Positions 48,865 through 58,332 of a DNA stretch of 64,000 bases are shown one piece after another. A program made the position numbers and the translations under genes. The notes beneath the pieces were generated by a model. It searched no databases. It was not told the origin of the DNA and was given only the letters and a program-made list of their open reading frames with translations. Origin of the DNA: a virus. Within the stretch, counting starts at the first letter, position 1. Each line of letters opens with the position of its first letter. The stretch lies in the IMG/VR virus record IMGVR_UViG_3300025161_000006, positions 1 to 64,000 of that record; one strand, 5' to 3'.

Positions 48865-51800
48865 ATGGCAACAAGCTGTCAATTTAGAGGTAGTGAAGCA
48901 TCAACTAAAGCATGGTTCAGGACAAGAGGCTTGATAGATAAGTATTTAAACATTCTTGACCTTCCGGGGTTTAGAAGAGAAAATACTAAGTGGAGTAACT
49001 ATGCTAAGACTAAGTTTAATATAGAAGGCAGACTTTTCTATGAGGAGAACAATGGCACCAAGGCTGTACCTAATAAGGAAATGTTTGAGAAGATAGATAA
49101 AGCTAAGAAAGATAATGGTACATATTACAGTATACAAAGTACAGCACAGGAGCCTGTAGTTATTGCCAAGTCCTCAGATATAGAAAAGCAGATGGCAGAC
49201 TTACTCAAAGCTCTTGGTATATCTACTGAAGTTGTTGACAACATCACTGATGCAGCTGGTAATAAGATACATGCACTTGCTAAGATTGATATTTTCAAAC
49301 AAGTGCTTCAGGTTGTTCATGGAGAAATAAGCCCTCAGGTTATCTCTGAAGAAGCTGCTCATGTGTTCTTTAAGTTATTGCCAGAGAATCATCCTCTGCG
49401 TAAAAGTGCTATGGAGAGAGTTACTCAAACTCAGATGTATGCACAGATTAAGCAGCAATATGCTGAGGCATATAATCATGATGAGCAAAAGATAAGGGAA
49501 GAAGCTGTAGGGCATCTTATTGCTCAGGAAGTAGTTAAGCTGTATAACAAGACAGTTGAAACTGCATCTACAAAATCCTGGATACAGAAGTTATTTGAAG
49601 CTATAACTTCATTTCTTAAAAATAGGTTTGCTCACTTGCCATCATCATCCTTTGATGATATTATGGCTCCATACAGAGAAATAGCTCGTAAGATGGTTAA
49701 TAAGGATATAGATGAGCTAAGAACCATTGATGAAGTAAAAGGGCAGTATAGTCATCCTGATGAGTTCTACTTCTATAATCTAAGTCCAGAGGTAAAAAAA
49801 CACCGGGAGGCTTTAATTACAGCTATTAAGAATCCACCTGTTACTATACGTTCAAGGCGTGATGAAAATGGTAAGGTCATTGAAGAGTATGTTAAGGCTG
49901 ATGGTACAGTAGTTAAGCATAGGGTTACTGACTATGTTAAGGCAATGTACAGGCGTGTGTTTGGTGATGAGCCTGCTACACTTGAAACAAGAATACAAGC
50001 TGCCAGAGGTACGTATATTCATGCTATCAAGCAGATAACTATGCAGATGCTCATAGAGGGCAGGACAATAGCACCTAACAACAGGACTGTGCTTAATGAA
50101 ATAGCTGAGAAGGCAAGATTACAGGCACTTGAGAAAGGTGATGTAGCTGATATAGCAAGTAAGATTGGTGATACACTATTTGAGCTGGGTAATGATAAGG
50201 CAACACACTATTCATCTCTAGGTGTTCTTGTTGAATCTACCAAGCAAGTATACAGTACAATACAGAGAAACCAAGAGAGGATAAATAAGTTAACAGGAGA
50301 TAAGGAAGGTAAGGCAACTATTATTCCTGAAGCTGTAGTATATGATGAAGCAAAGGACCTTGCAGGTACAATAGACTTGCTTGTAGTATATAGTAATGGT
50401 GTGATAGGAAGATATGAATACAAGACAATAGATTTTACAGGTAAAGGATATATCTCTGACCTTAAGGTAAGAGGTTATGAAATACAGACATCCTGGTATT
50501 CACGTATACTTGTTGAAGCATATGGAGCTACAGACTTTGCAGAATCTGTAGTTATACCTACTGGCGTATGGAATATTCGTGGTACTAATAGAGTACTCAG
50601 AGTAAGTGAGGTTCTTAGTGAGGCAGAGGCTAAGGATAAACCATATCTTGAGCATATACCTATTAAGAGCTTCACTATGGATGAGGATGTGAATGAAAGT
50701 TTGAAGAAGCTATATGCTCAGCAAGATTTACTTCAGGCTAAGTTAAAAGTAGACCCTTATGGCCCACAAGCTGATACTATCAAGGTCAAACTGCGCAGGA
50801 TAGAAGATGCTATCAAGAAGATAGCTCTGTATAATGACTTCAACTATATTGTCACTATGGTCAACGATATATCTAAAGACTATAGTACAAGAAGAAAACT
50901 TGGTAAAGGTTCACCCAGAGCTATTGACGAGGAATACCTTAATGATATACTCACTGAGTTGAATGTATATAAAGATATTCTGTCTAATGTGCTTTACAGG
51001 TCTAAGTCTATCAAGCTCACAGCAGCTGAAGAATCTAAGATGAATGAAGCTATAGGGCAGATAGAAGGACTACTTTATGCTGTTAATGGTAGTATGATTG
51101 ACCTGGTTAATGCTTCTACACGTGAAGGAGGAGATATAAGGAGACCTGGTAGAGCTATTAGTGCTCTTGGTAGAATATTTAAGAGCCTTAGTGAAATAGA
51201 CCATCCTGCTTTTAAAAAGCTTAATGAGATTATGCGTAATGTATCTACACAGGCATTTAATGATACACAGAAGGTAATAGAAGAAATTACAAAGAAGAGA
51301 GAAGCTCTTAAGCAATGGGCTGAAGCTAATGGTATGTCTCTTATGGATGCTTACAGGAAGTTAATAACAATAAGGACACTTCCTGATGGTACCAGGGAAA
51401 AGCAACTTATTACAAAGTATAGTGCTAAGTACTGGCAAGACCTGGCTAAGGCACGTAGAGAAAAGAGACTACAGTGGATGCTTGCTAATACTAAGTTAGA
51501 GACACGTAATGGCAGAATTTATTATAATGAAGCTACAGAGAAAGTATTTAAGGATAAGAGGCAGAAGTATATTGAGATGCTTGAGTCCAGATATCCTGGT
51601 GAATCTGGTGCACAGACAAGAAAGTTATTACTGGATAAGTGGGATGCTAAATATAATGTAACAACACATCCAGATACAGCTGTATTCAATCCTAAGAACT
51701 GGCTTATCAACCCTAAAGAATCTGAAGAGTACTTATCGGATGAGTGGAAGTATATAAGAAACAACCAGCCTCTTATGGATTTCTATAATATGCTTGTTAA

Positions 51801-53691
51801 GTATAACAGGCAGTTCGCTGCAATGACATCAAGAGATATAAGCATCACCTTCATACCTAATGTTGTCAATGATATGATTAGCAGGATTGGGCAGAATGGT
51901 ATTGCATCACTTGGTTCTATGAAGATGAACATACTTGATTCTCTTGCAGTACAGCAGTCAGATACTATTCGGGGTAATATTGACCCAGATACAGGTAAAC
52001 CAATTGCTGCTATACCACTGCTGTACACTACTAACATAGACCCTGATAGTAAGAGTGATGACCTTGCTACTAATCTTATACTCTTTGCTAAGAGTGCATA
52101 CTCTTATAAATATCTTTCTGAGACAGAAAATCTGGTGAAGAGCATAAGAGCTATTATCTCAGGGCCAAGATATGCAACTAATGTGGCGGATAATAAAGGT
52201 AGGCCGTTAAGAAATGAATCTGGTAAGTTACTTGAGATGAGTGGTATGCCTGCTGATGACCTTGCTTTATTTGATAAGTTTGTAAATGCTCTATGGTATG
52301 GACAGAATGTACAGGGAGACTTTACAGCTAATGTACTTGGTAAAGAAATATCTCTTGCTAAGACCATTGGGTTCTTGCAGAAGTTTATAACCTTTAAAGC
52401 ACTTGGTCTGAACCTATTTAACTCTCTGGGTAATGACCTTGGTGAAGTAGGCAATGCCTGGATGGTAGCTTCTGAAGGAAGGTACTTCAATAAAGGTGAT
52501 ATTAAGTCTGCTATTAAAGACATAACTGAAGGTAATGCTGACTTTGTTGAAGCAGCTGAGAGGATATTCAATCCCCATACTCATAATGTAATTGGTGAGC
52601 AGGTTAATAAGATAGCTGCTACATCTATTGAGAGAGCTTTAACAATGGATAATGCTCTTATACTTATGAAAGAGCCTGGTAAGATGCTTAATAGAGTTGT
52701 GATGATGGCAATGCTTAACCATTATGGAGTAGATGCTGATGGTAATATTGACAGGCTTGATAAGATAAGGAAGACTAATCCTAATGCACAGTCATTAAGG
52801 GCTATGTTAATACGTGATGCCGATGGAAATATAACTCTTAAGGGTGTTAGTGAAGCAGAGATTATGAGGTTTAGACATAGAATACAGAAAGTAATCAATT
52901 ATACACGTGGTGAAACTGCTGAACATGACATTAGAGCTATCAATACAACCATAGCTGGTAGGTTACTTATGCACTTTAAGAATTGGATTCCTGGACTTTA
53001 TATGTCCCGATTTGGAGATTTAAGATTTGACGAAACACTTAATGATTTTGATGCAGGTAGGATGAATATAACCTATCATCAGATAATAGATGGCGGATTA
53101 AAGAATGCTGTAGCAGAGGTAAAAAATTTATTGGGGGAGGTAATTACGGGAGGATACCTTTTTGGAGGTATTAACAAGATGAATATGGCAATTGCCGAAG
53201 CAAATTACAGGAAGTACATGGCTGAGCATCCAGAGTTAAGTAGGGAATCATTTACTCTTGAAGATTATAAGGAACTTGTAAGGTCTAAACTTAAGGGTGC
53301 TGTCACAGAGCTAAGGATGATACTGGCATTTATTGCTCTTGTGCTTGGTGCTAAAGCTGCTATACCTGACGATGAAGAAGATGAACTGTTAAGTAGCCTA
53401 TCAAGAAGCAGCTATTTACTTGCCAACAGAACATCTCTTGAGTTCTTATTCTTCTATTCACCTAAGGCTATGAGTCAGCTTATAACCAGCCCCTTTACTA
53501 TGTATGGTCTTGTTACAGATGTTGGTAATATGGCTTCTAACTTTGTATCAGAGACATATAAAGCTCTTACAGGTACAGAAGACCCTTCAGATAGGTCACC
53601 CTTTGGGTACTATTTTGTAACAAGGTTTATACCTGGTGGTAGCTCTGTAACCAAAGCTCTTGACATCTATAACTCATTCAGAACTAAATAA
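48865..53691 (+). CDS. Large virion cargo protein with degenerate zincin and PD-(D/E)xK nuclease-like domain
   Basis: EEAAH..REEAVG; RGTYIH..E..AGTIDLL..EYKT..YEIQTSWY; C-terminal GRLLMHFKNWIP. Confidence 0.8.
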   Translation: MATSCQFRGSEASTKAWFRTRGLIDKYLNILDLPGFRRENTKWSNYAKTKFNIEGRLFYEENNGTKAVPNKEMFEKIDKAKKDNGTYYSIQSTAQEPVVIAKSSDIEKQMADLLKALGISTEVVDNITDAAGNKIHALAKIDIFKQVLQVVHGEISPQVISEEAAHVFFKLLPENHPLRKSAMERVTQTQMYAQIKQQYAEAYNHDEQKIREEAVGHLIAQEVVKLYNKTVETASTKSWIQKLFEAITSFLKNRFAHLPSSSFDDIMAPYREIARKMVNKDIDELRTIDEVKGQYSHPDEFYFYNLSPEVKKHREALITAIKNPPVTIRSRRDENGKVIEEYVKADGTVVKHRVTDYVKAMYRRVFGDEPATLETRIQAARGTYIHAIKQITMQMLIEGRTIAPNNRTVLNEIAEKARLQALEKGDVADIASKIGDTLFELGNDKATHYSSLGVLVESTKQVYSTIQRNQERINKLTGDKEGKATIIPEAVVYDEAKDLAGTIDLLVVYSNGVIGRYEYKTIDFTGKGYISDLKVRGYEIQTSWYSRILVEAYGATDFAESVVIPTGVWNIRGTNRVLRVSEVLSEAEAKDKPYLEHIPIKSFTMDEDVNESLKKLYAQQDLLQAKLKVDPYGPQADTIKVKLRRIEDAIKKIALYNDFNYIVTMVNDISKDYSTRRKLGKGSPRAIDEEYLNDILTELNVYKDILSNVLYRSKSIKLTAAEESKMNEAIGQIEGLLYAVNGSMIDLVNASTREGGDIRRPGRAISALGRIFKSLSEIDHPAFKKLNEIMRNVSTQAFNDTQKVIEEITKKREALKQWAEANGMSLMDAYRKLITIRTLPDGTREKQLITKYSAKYWQDLAKARREKRLQWMLANTKLETRNGRIYYNEATEKVFKDKRQKYIEMLESRYPGESGAQTRKLLLDKWDAKYNVTTHPDTAVFNPKNWLINPKESEEYLSDEWKYIRNNQPLMDFYNMLVKYNRQFAAMTSRDISITFIPNVVNDMISRIGQNGIASLGSMKMNILDSLAVQQSDTIRGNIDPDTGKPIAAIPLLYTTNIDPDSKSDDLATNLILFAKSAYSYKYLSETENLVKSIRAIISGPRYATNVADNKGRPLRNESGKLLEMSGMPADDLALFDKFVNALWYGQNVQGDFTANVLGKEISLAKTIGFLQKFITFKALGLNLFNSLGNDLGEVGNAWMVASEGRYFNKGDIKSAIKDITEGNADFVEAAERIFNPHTHNVIGEQVNKIAATSIERALTMDNALILMKEPGKMLNRVVMMAMLNHYGVDADGNIDRLDKIRKTNPNAQSLRAMLIRDADGNITLKGVSEAEIMRFRHRIQKVINYTRGETAEHDIRAINTTIAGRLLMHFKNWIPGLYMSRFGDLRFDETLNDFDAGRMNITYHQIIDGGLKNAVAEVKNLLGEVITGGYLFGGINKMNMAIAEANYRKYMAEHPELSRESFTLEDYKELVRSKLKGAVTELRMILAFIALVLGAKAAIPDDEEDELLSSLSRSSYLLANRTSLEFLFFYSPKAMSQLITSPFTMYGLVTDVGNMASNFVSETYKALTGTEDPSDRSPFGYYFVTRFIPGGSSVTKALDIYNSFRTK

Positions 53692-53728
53692 GTGGAAGGG
53701 TGTAATTACAATGTAATTACACCCCCAC
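53692..53728. terminator. Palindrome at the convergence of late and early/middle blocks (bidirectional terminator-like)
   Basis: GGGTGTAATTACA-A-TGTAATTACACCC with outer GTGG/CCAC; no clear U-tracts. Confidence 0.6.
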
Positions 53729-53732
53729 GTTA

Positions 53733-53981
53733 TTATACAAGTTCTATGTGTGGATATCTACTCTTAATATAACGTGCTATTGTTTTAGCAGCTCTCTTCT
53801 TATTACTACAATAAAATACAGTGTTCAAAGGGTCACCAACAACTTTGTAGGGTTTCTTACGTGCATCTCTCTTCTTAACAATAGCAAGCCATTTCATAGC
53901 AATTTCTCTGGCTACTCTATCTTCTTTAAATAGCAGAGCATAAGTTGTTAAAGGTTTGGGTTCATTACTTGCGTACATCAT
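53733..53981 (-). CDS. Hypothetical basic protein
   Basis: 82-aa ORF, last gene of the - strand block. Confidence 0.65.
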   Translation of the reverse strand: MMYASNEPKPLTTYALLFKEDRVAREIAMKWLAIVKKRDARKKPYKVVGDPLNTVFYCSNKKRAAKTIARYIKSRYPHIELV

Positions 53982-54255
53982 AAGCAGTTAAATTTTTAAC
54001 ATGTTCAACTTCTTCTTTTGTATATACACCATAGGTTAGATAAATCCACGAGACAAGCATTTCTGCTTCTTTATCAGTTAATCCTTTCTCTTTAGCATAT
54101 TTCAAGCATTCATTAAACACCTGTTCTCTCTTCTCCTTAGTTGTAAGAAATATCTTCTTAAACTTTGGCACATTGTAATAAATAATAGGAAAGTGATTAA
54201 TCTCTCCCTGCTTACTAACGAACATTCTTGTTAGTTCTTTTTCTATCTCTGTCAT
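53965..54255 (-). CDS. Hypothetical protein
   Basis: 96-aa ORF with A-rich start context. Confidence 0.7.
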   Translation of the reverse strand: MTEIEKELTRMFVSKQGEINHFPIIYYNVPKFKKIFLTTKEKREQVFNECLKYAKEKGLTDKEAEMLVSWIYLTYGVYTKEEVEHVKNLTAYDVRK

Positions 54256-54273
54256 AGCTTTCTGTTTTAGCTG

Positions 54274-54963
54274 TTACCACCTTATTTCTTTCTTATTACA
54301 AGCAGATAAATACTTATTACATGCTCTGAAATGTCCGCACCCTTTGAATGGAGTACTTGTCTTATCATATCCAAGGGGTGATGGATGAGATGCTTTCAGG
54401 CATATATGACCTGGATTTATAATCATAGGAGCCATACTCTGTGCATAGTTACCCCATAACATCCAAACAAGTATAGGTTTAGTATTGAGTGCTTTTGTAA
54501 CTATTCTAGTAAATGGCTCCCATAGTTTAGTATGTGTACCGGGTTTGTTGCGTACAACTGTATGAGCTACATTTAATAGTAGTACACCCTGTTGTACCCA
54601 TGAAGTAAGGGATATATCTTTACAAGCATCTTCACCATATTCAGCTCTAACCTCAGCGATAATATTCACAAGGCTTGGACTAATAGTTTTAGTTGTAGGG
54701 TTATTACCAAAAGCATGTCCCATGAATACTTCAGGCTGTGGATAAGGGTCTTGACCTATAATAACCACGTTGGTTTTATAGAATGACAAATCTCTGAATA
54801 TTTTGAGTATCAGTGAAGACCCTAATGGTGGTTCTACAGGTAAGTACGCTCTTTCTGAAAGTACCTTTCTGCTAATAGAAGCAAGTATTAACCACACATT
54901 AGGGTCTGCTGATTCTAATGCCTCACACCAATCTTCAGAGAAATACTTTTTAAGTTCATTCAT
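54274..54963 (-). CDS. ung: Uracil-DNA glycosylase, family 1
   Basis: IIGQDPYP, SPSLVNI, W..QGVLLLN, H...WE.FT, MLWG..A, SHPSPL. Confidence 0.95.
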   Translation of the reverse strand: MNELKKYFSEDWCEALESADPNVWLILASISRKVLSERAYLPVEPPLGSSLILKIFRDLSFYKTNVVIIGQDPYPQPEVFMGHAFGNNPTTKTISPSLVNIIAEVRAEYGEDACKDISLTSWVQQGVLLLNVAHTVVRNKPGTHTKLWEPFTRIVTKALNTKPILVWMLWGNYAQSMAPMIINPGHICLKASHPSPLGYDKTSTPFKGCGHFRACNKYLSACNKKEIRW

Positions 54964-55739
54964 ACTTCTGAGTCTATAAGTTCATTCTCAATCACGGGCT
55001 TACTATCAAGTTCCATATCAGGACTAAGGTCAACTCCAAGAAATTTACTAAGTTCTTTACGTAGTTCTTCGCTCTTATGAAGTACACTATTTACTTTTTT
55101 CTTGAGTTCCTTGTCTGTATAATATAGACCAGCCATGTACTTAAGTTGGTCAGATACTTTAGAGTACTGGCCATTAAGTACCGCATCAACGTCACTAAGA
55201 TGCTTATCAGGTATAGCGTAATAATAGCCAGTATGATAGGAATCAAGCTCAACACAACCAATATAGAAAGGATGAGCTTTGAGAAGTCTTTCAGTAAGTA
55301 AGTAAGTTTCATGGCTTGAAAATAAATATTTTAATACTAATAAGTTTTTATACTCGCGATGTATGTATGCATTAATGAGATACCAATGGTACAACATTGC
55401 AGCATCCGTATATTGTGGTGCATATAAAAGAGGTGTAAGATACTGAGTTACTTTATTTCTTTCTGATACAATAAGAATGTAAGAATGTTCTTCTTTCTTA
55501 ACTATAGAGCTTATTCTATAAGGTATTATGTAAGGTATAGCATGTCTTGTATCAAATACTACTTCTATAACACCACCCCTTGTTATGAGAGGATTATTAC
55601 CAATGTACAATTTTTCAATAGCATCTTCTTTGTCTCTTCCTTCTGTAATTAGTGGCGAGGATATAATTACTCTTGTTGCATTAAGTACTACAGCATTTAC
55701 TCCTTTAACATCTGTCTCACCACTACTTGTTACTCTCAT
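54960..55739 (-). CDS. Hypothetical protein
   Basis: 259-aa ORF; G.YSK.S...K and L..SEELRKEL...LG motifs. Confidence 0.75.
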   Translation of the reverse strand: MRVTSSGETDVKGVNAVVLNATRVIISSPLITEGRDKEDAIEKLYIGNNPLITRGGVIEVVFDTRHAIPYIIPYRISSIVKKEEHSYILIVSERNKVTQYLTPLLYAPQYTDAAMLYHWYLINAYIHREYKNLLVLKYLFSSHETYLLTERLLKAHPFYIGCVELDSYHTGYYYAIPDKHLSDVDAVLNGQYSKVSDQLKYMAGLYYTDKELKKKVNSVLHKSEELRKELSKFLGVDLSPDMELDSKPVIENELIDSEV

Positions 55740-55775
55740 AATCTCCTTGCTTTAGTGGTTAATACTAAGCTTCTT

Positions 55776-55946
55776 TTACAATACTTCACGTTGTAAATCT
55801 CTCATTAAATCATCAAGTTTTCCTATTAGCTCATTCTTTATACTTTCAGCTTTTGTGTATTTTCCATTGGCATATAAATTTTGCATATATTCTATATCTT
55901 CGATAAACTTAGCTAAATTTATCGAAACTTCGACAGCTACTTTCAT
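55776..55946 (-). CDS. Small hypothetical protein absent from the ORF track (MKVAVEVSINLAKF...REVL, 56 aa)
   Basis: Translated by hand; fills the intergenic gap on the coding strand. Confidence 0.55.
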   Translation of the reverse strand: MKVAVEVSINLAKFIEDIEYMQNLYANGKYTKAESIKNELIGKLDDLMRDLQREVL

Positions 55947-55976
55947 GTACTTCTATATTTAAAATATTTATACTTA

Positions 55977-56228
55977 CTATTGGTCAAACTTCATTTGTTT
56001 GTAACATATTGTACATATGATTTTACCATCAACCACATCTATCTCTCGTGGTATAAAGCACTGGCAATATTCTTCTTTTGGCATGCTCTCCAAAACTTTA
56101 TACACCATCTGCTTTAACTTCTCTTTGAGAAGCTCAAAGTCACTATAACCCATTTTCCCTTCTGCTGATTGTACCATAAACTCTTGAGCAGTCTGCTCAA
56201 CTAATTTATTTATATCTTTTTCTTCCAT
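55977..56228 (-). CDS. Hypothetical protein with C-terminal Zn finger
   Basis: CQC...CTIC; N-terminus weakly similar to 58333 and 58640 products. Confidence 0.7.
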   Translation of the reverse strand: MEEKDINKLVEQTAQEFMVQSAEGKMGYSDFELLKEKLKQMVYKVLESMPKEEYCQCFIPREIDVVDGKIICTICYKQMKFDQ

Positions 56229-56252
56229 AGTTTTAATAGTTTAATGTTATAC

Positions 56253-56690
56253 TTAATCACACTTTTTATATTTATAAATAACTTGTTCGAATAACTTCAG
56301 TTTAGCAATATCATTCTCAAGTTCTTTAATTTTAGATAGTACTGATTCAAGTGTGTCCTTTCTTCTTTTCAATAGTTTTCTATATGCTGGAGTCTTTGAT
56401 GCCTCAAGAGTTGTGTAAAATTCCTTATCACTATGCCAGAAATATTGCGGGTAATCCGGGTTATCATTAAGCATTGCAACATATCTAAACATTTCTTTAT
56501 TATCTGCCTGGGTCACAAGTAATCTACATGGCTCATGGTCTCTACAATTTCGGCATTCTATATCATATAATATACAACCCTTATCATCTATAACATTACG
56601 AACAACATATCGAAATGTACCACCCTTCAGTAGGTCATATCCATACAATGTGTCACCGACTTTTAGCTTTATTCTTTTTTCTTTATTCAT
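56253..56690 (-). CDS. Hypothetical protein, paralog of 56687-57163
   Basis: IKLKVGDTLYGY...ILYDIE...C-terminal coiled coil. Confidence 0.8.
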   Translation of the reverse strand: MNKEKRIKLKVGDTLYGYDLLKGGTFRYVVRNVIDDKGCILYDIECRNCRDHEPCRLLVTQADNKEMFRYVAMLNDNPDYPQYFWHSDKEFYTTLEASKTPAYRKLLKRRKDTLESVLSKIKELENDIAKLKLFEQVIYKYKKCD

Positions 56691-57163
56691 AAGCTACCAG
56701 ATTTAGTGGGTTCTTGACAATCTTTTATGAGCATATTTAACTTATTTATATCTTCCTCAAGCTCTTCAGCTTGCTTTTTCAACAACTCAAGTTTTTCTCC
56801 CTTGTGTCTTAGCATATGATTATATGCTGCAATTTTTGCATCTATAATAGTTAAGTAATATTTCTCATCTTCATGCCAGATATACTTACGTCCATCCTCA
56901 TCCTCATCCTCATCCTCATCCTCATCGTCTAAGTCTATGTTAATTATTGTAGCATATTGAAATTTTTTCTCGTCATCAATTTGAGATATAAGTATCCTGC
57001 AATATTCTTCAGGGTCAGAATTTGTATATTCTATTTCATAGAGAATAGCATTTCCATAGTCTCTAATACCACAAACAGTATAAGTAGATATGTCATTCTT
57101 TATTGGTGAATACCCATACAGTATGTCACCAATTTTAAGTTTTATTATTTTTTCTGTATCCAT
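56687..57163 (-). CDS. Hypothetical protein with (DE)n tract, paralog of 56253-56690
   Basis: IKLKIGDILYGY...ILYEIE; DEDEDEDEDED. Confidence 0.8.
   Translation of the reverse strand: MDTEKIIKLKIGDILYGYSPIKNDISTYTVCGIRDYGNAILYEIEYTNSDPEEYCRILISQIDDEKKFQYATIINIDLDDEDEDEDEDEDGRKYIWHEDEKYYLTIIDAKIAAYNHMLRHKGEKLELLKKQAEELEEDINKLNMLIKDCQEPTKSGSL
56893..56926. repeat. In-frame hexanucleotide microsatellite (CATCCT)5+
   Basis: Five perfect units plus CATC. Confidence 0.9.
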
Positions 57164-57174
57164 AACTTAATTTT

Positions 57175-57426
57175 TTAAAGGTTATCATTTTCTATGACAT
57201 CTAAAGAACCACTTAAATCTTTACCAACTATTTTATAGTCCCCCATTGCAATACTCATATACAACATATTAAGTATATAATTACTGTTAGGAACAATCTG
57301 GTAAATATTCCCATTACTTAAATGAATAAGAATAGTTATCCCTTTAATTTCATTTTTAAAATTTTCAGAATCATTATTACCATCAGACTTCTCACTGGAA
57401 GTAACTTCCTTTTGTGCTTTACTCAT
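57175..57426 (-). CDS. Hypothetical protein (likely start MSKAQ at 57426)
   Basis: ATGA overlap with the stop of the upstream gene. Confidence 0.65.
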   Translation of the reverse strand: MSKAQKEVTSSEKSDGNNDSENFKNEIKGITILIHLSNGNIYQIVPNSNYILNMLYMSIAMGDYKIVGKDLSGSLDVIENDNL

Positions 57427-57842
57427 AATAATTTGATTTTTTTTGGTTTGTATATTCTTAATTTGGGGTAACGTTGTAAAAGATGTTCCCAATTAAGTTT
57501 TTCCAACATTTCTGCATTACAATATTTTATAAGTCTGGGATGATTACTCAGCAGCGTATTCCAGTGATAATTATCCAATTTGTTCCAATCACAATACTTT
57601 GCGTATTGTGACTGATAAGATAATAAAACTGACCATTCATAACCATCTATTTCATCCCAATTACAATGCTTTGCAAATTGTGTATATCCATGCCTAAGTC
57701 TCCACAACCTAAAATTAAGTGGGCATTTTTCAAAAACCTCCTGCAATGTTTTACAGGAATAGTTAAATTTTATACCTTTCTTGCAAGCTCCATTGACTTC
57801 CCACTCTTTATGTAGCTCTTCGAGTGTATTAAAGGTTTTCAT
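57423..57842 (-). CDS. 24-aa Trp-repeat protein, copy A1 (3 repeats)
   Basis: W..[IL]D...W..LL..x.....C units; paralog of 58937-59422. Confidence 0.85.
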   Translation of the reverse strand: MKTFNTLEELHKEWEVNGACKKGIKFNYSCKTLQEVFEKCPLNFRLWRLRHGYTQFAKHCNWDEIDGYEWSVLLSYQSQYAKYCDWNKLDNYHWNTLLSNHPRLIKYCNAEMLEKLNWEHLLQRYPKLRIYKPKKIKLL

Positions 57843-57869
57843 AATTCACTTTTTAATTTAACTTTTTAT

Positions 57870-58295
57870 TTAAAAATCTTTTGGTACATATTTCTCCCAT
57901 TTATCCTTATGCTCGGAACAATACAGTACTAAAAATTTTAAATATCTCCAGTTAAATTTATCAGGGTCAAACCACTTATCAAAATCATTATTAATATGAT
58001 GCTTCTTACCAAATATGATTTTATCAGTCCTCCATTTATTTCCATCAGGGTCTTTAATTACCTTAGCATCTTCTGGTATAGTTACCTCTCTAATCCATGT
58101 ACCATAATCCAAAAATTTTACTAAGTTTTCATAGTCTGTGAAATAAAATCCACCAGGAACGCATGAAGCGGTAGAGTCGTCATTAAATTCTTCTTCAAGA
58201 ATGTTTAACCCATCCTCGTATGGGTAACCATGATGAATTTCATCTTTATTGGTTACCTTGTAGTAGATTTTAGTATAATCAAATTCTTCGTTCAT
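57870..58295 (-). CDS. YKVT/GGFYFTD-domain protein, copy B1 (1 C-terminal 25-aa repeat)
   Basis: Paralog of 59433-60026. Confidence 0.85.
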   Translation of the reverse strand: MNEEFDYTKIYYKVTNKDEIHHGYPYEDGLNILEEEFNDDSTASCVPGGFYFTDYENLVKFLDYGTWIREVTIPEDAKVIKDPDGNKWRTDKIIFGKKHHINNDFDKWFDPDKFNWRYLKFLVLYCSEHKDKWEKYVPKDF

Positions 58296-58332
58296 ATTTT
58301 TTTTATTTTAAATTCGTACATAGTTTTAAGTT

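Noticed and set aside
3707-52571. Many antisense ORFs in the track (e.g. 3707-4279, 37855-38379, 45535-46062)
   Set aside because: Shadows of codon bias on the coding strand, with F/S/I/L-rich translations and no motifs
1428-53691. Stop-codon reassignment (TAG or TGA), known in some crAss-like phages
   Set aside because: Genes up to 13 kb are open in the standard code, and TAG (19239, 26043) and TGA serve as real stops with tightly following genes
54274-54963. UDG as a sign of uracil-substituted or modified DNA
   Set aside because: An ordinary family-1 UDG, common in crAss-like phages; it argues against a uracil-containing genome
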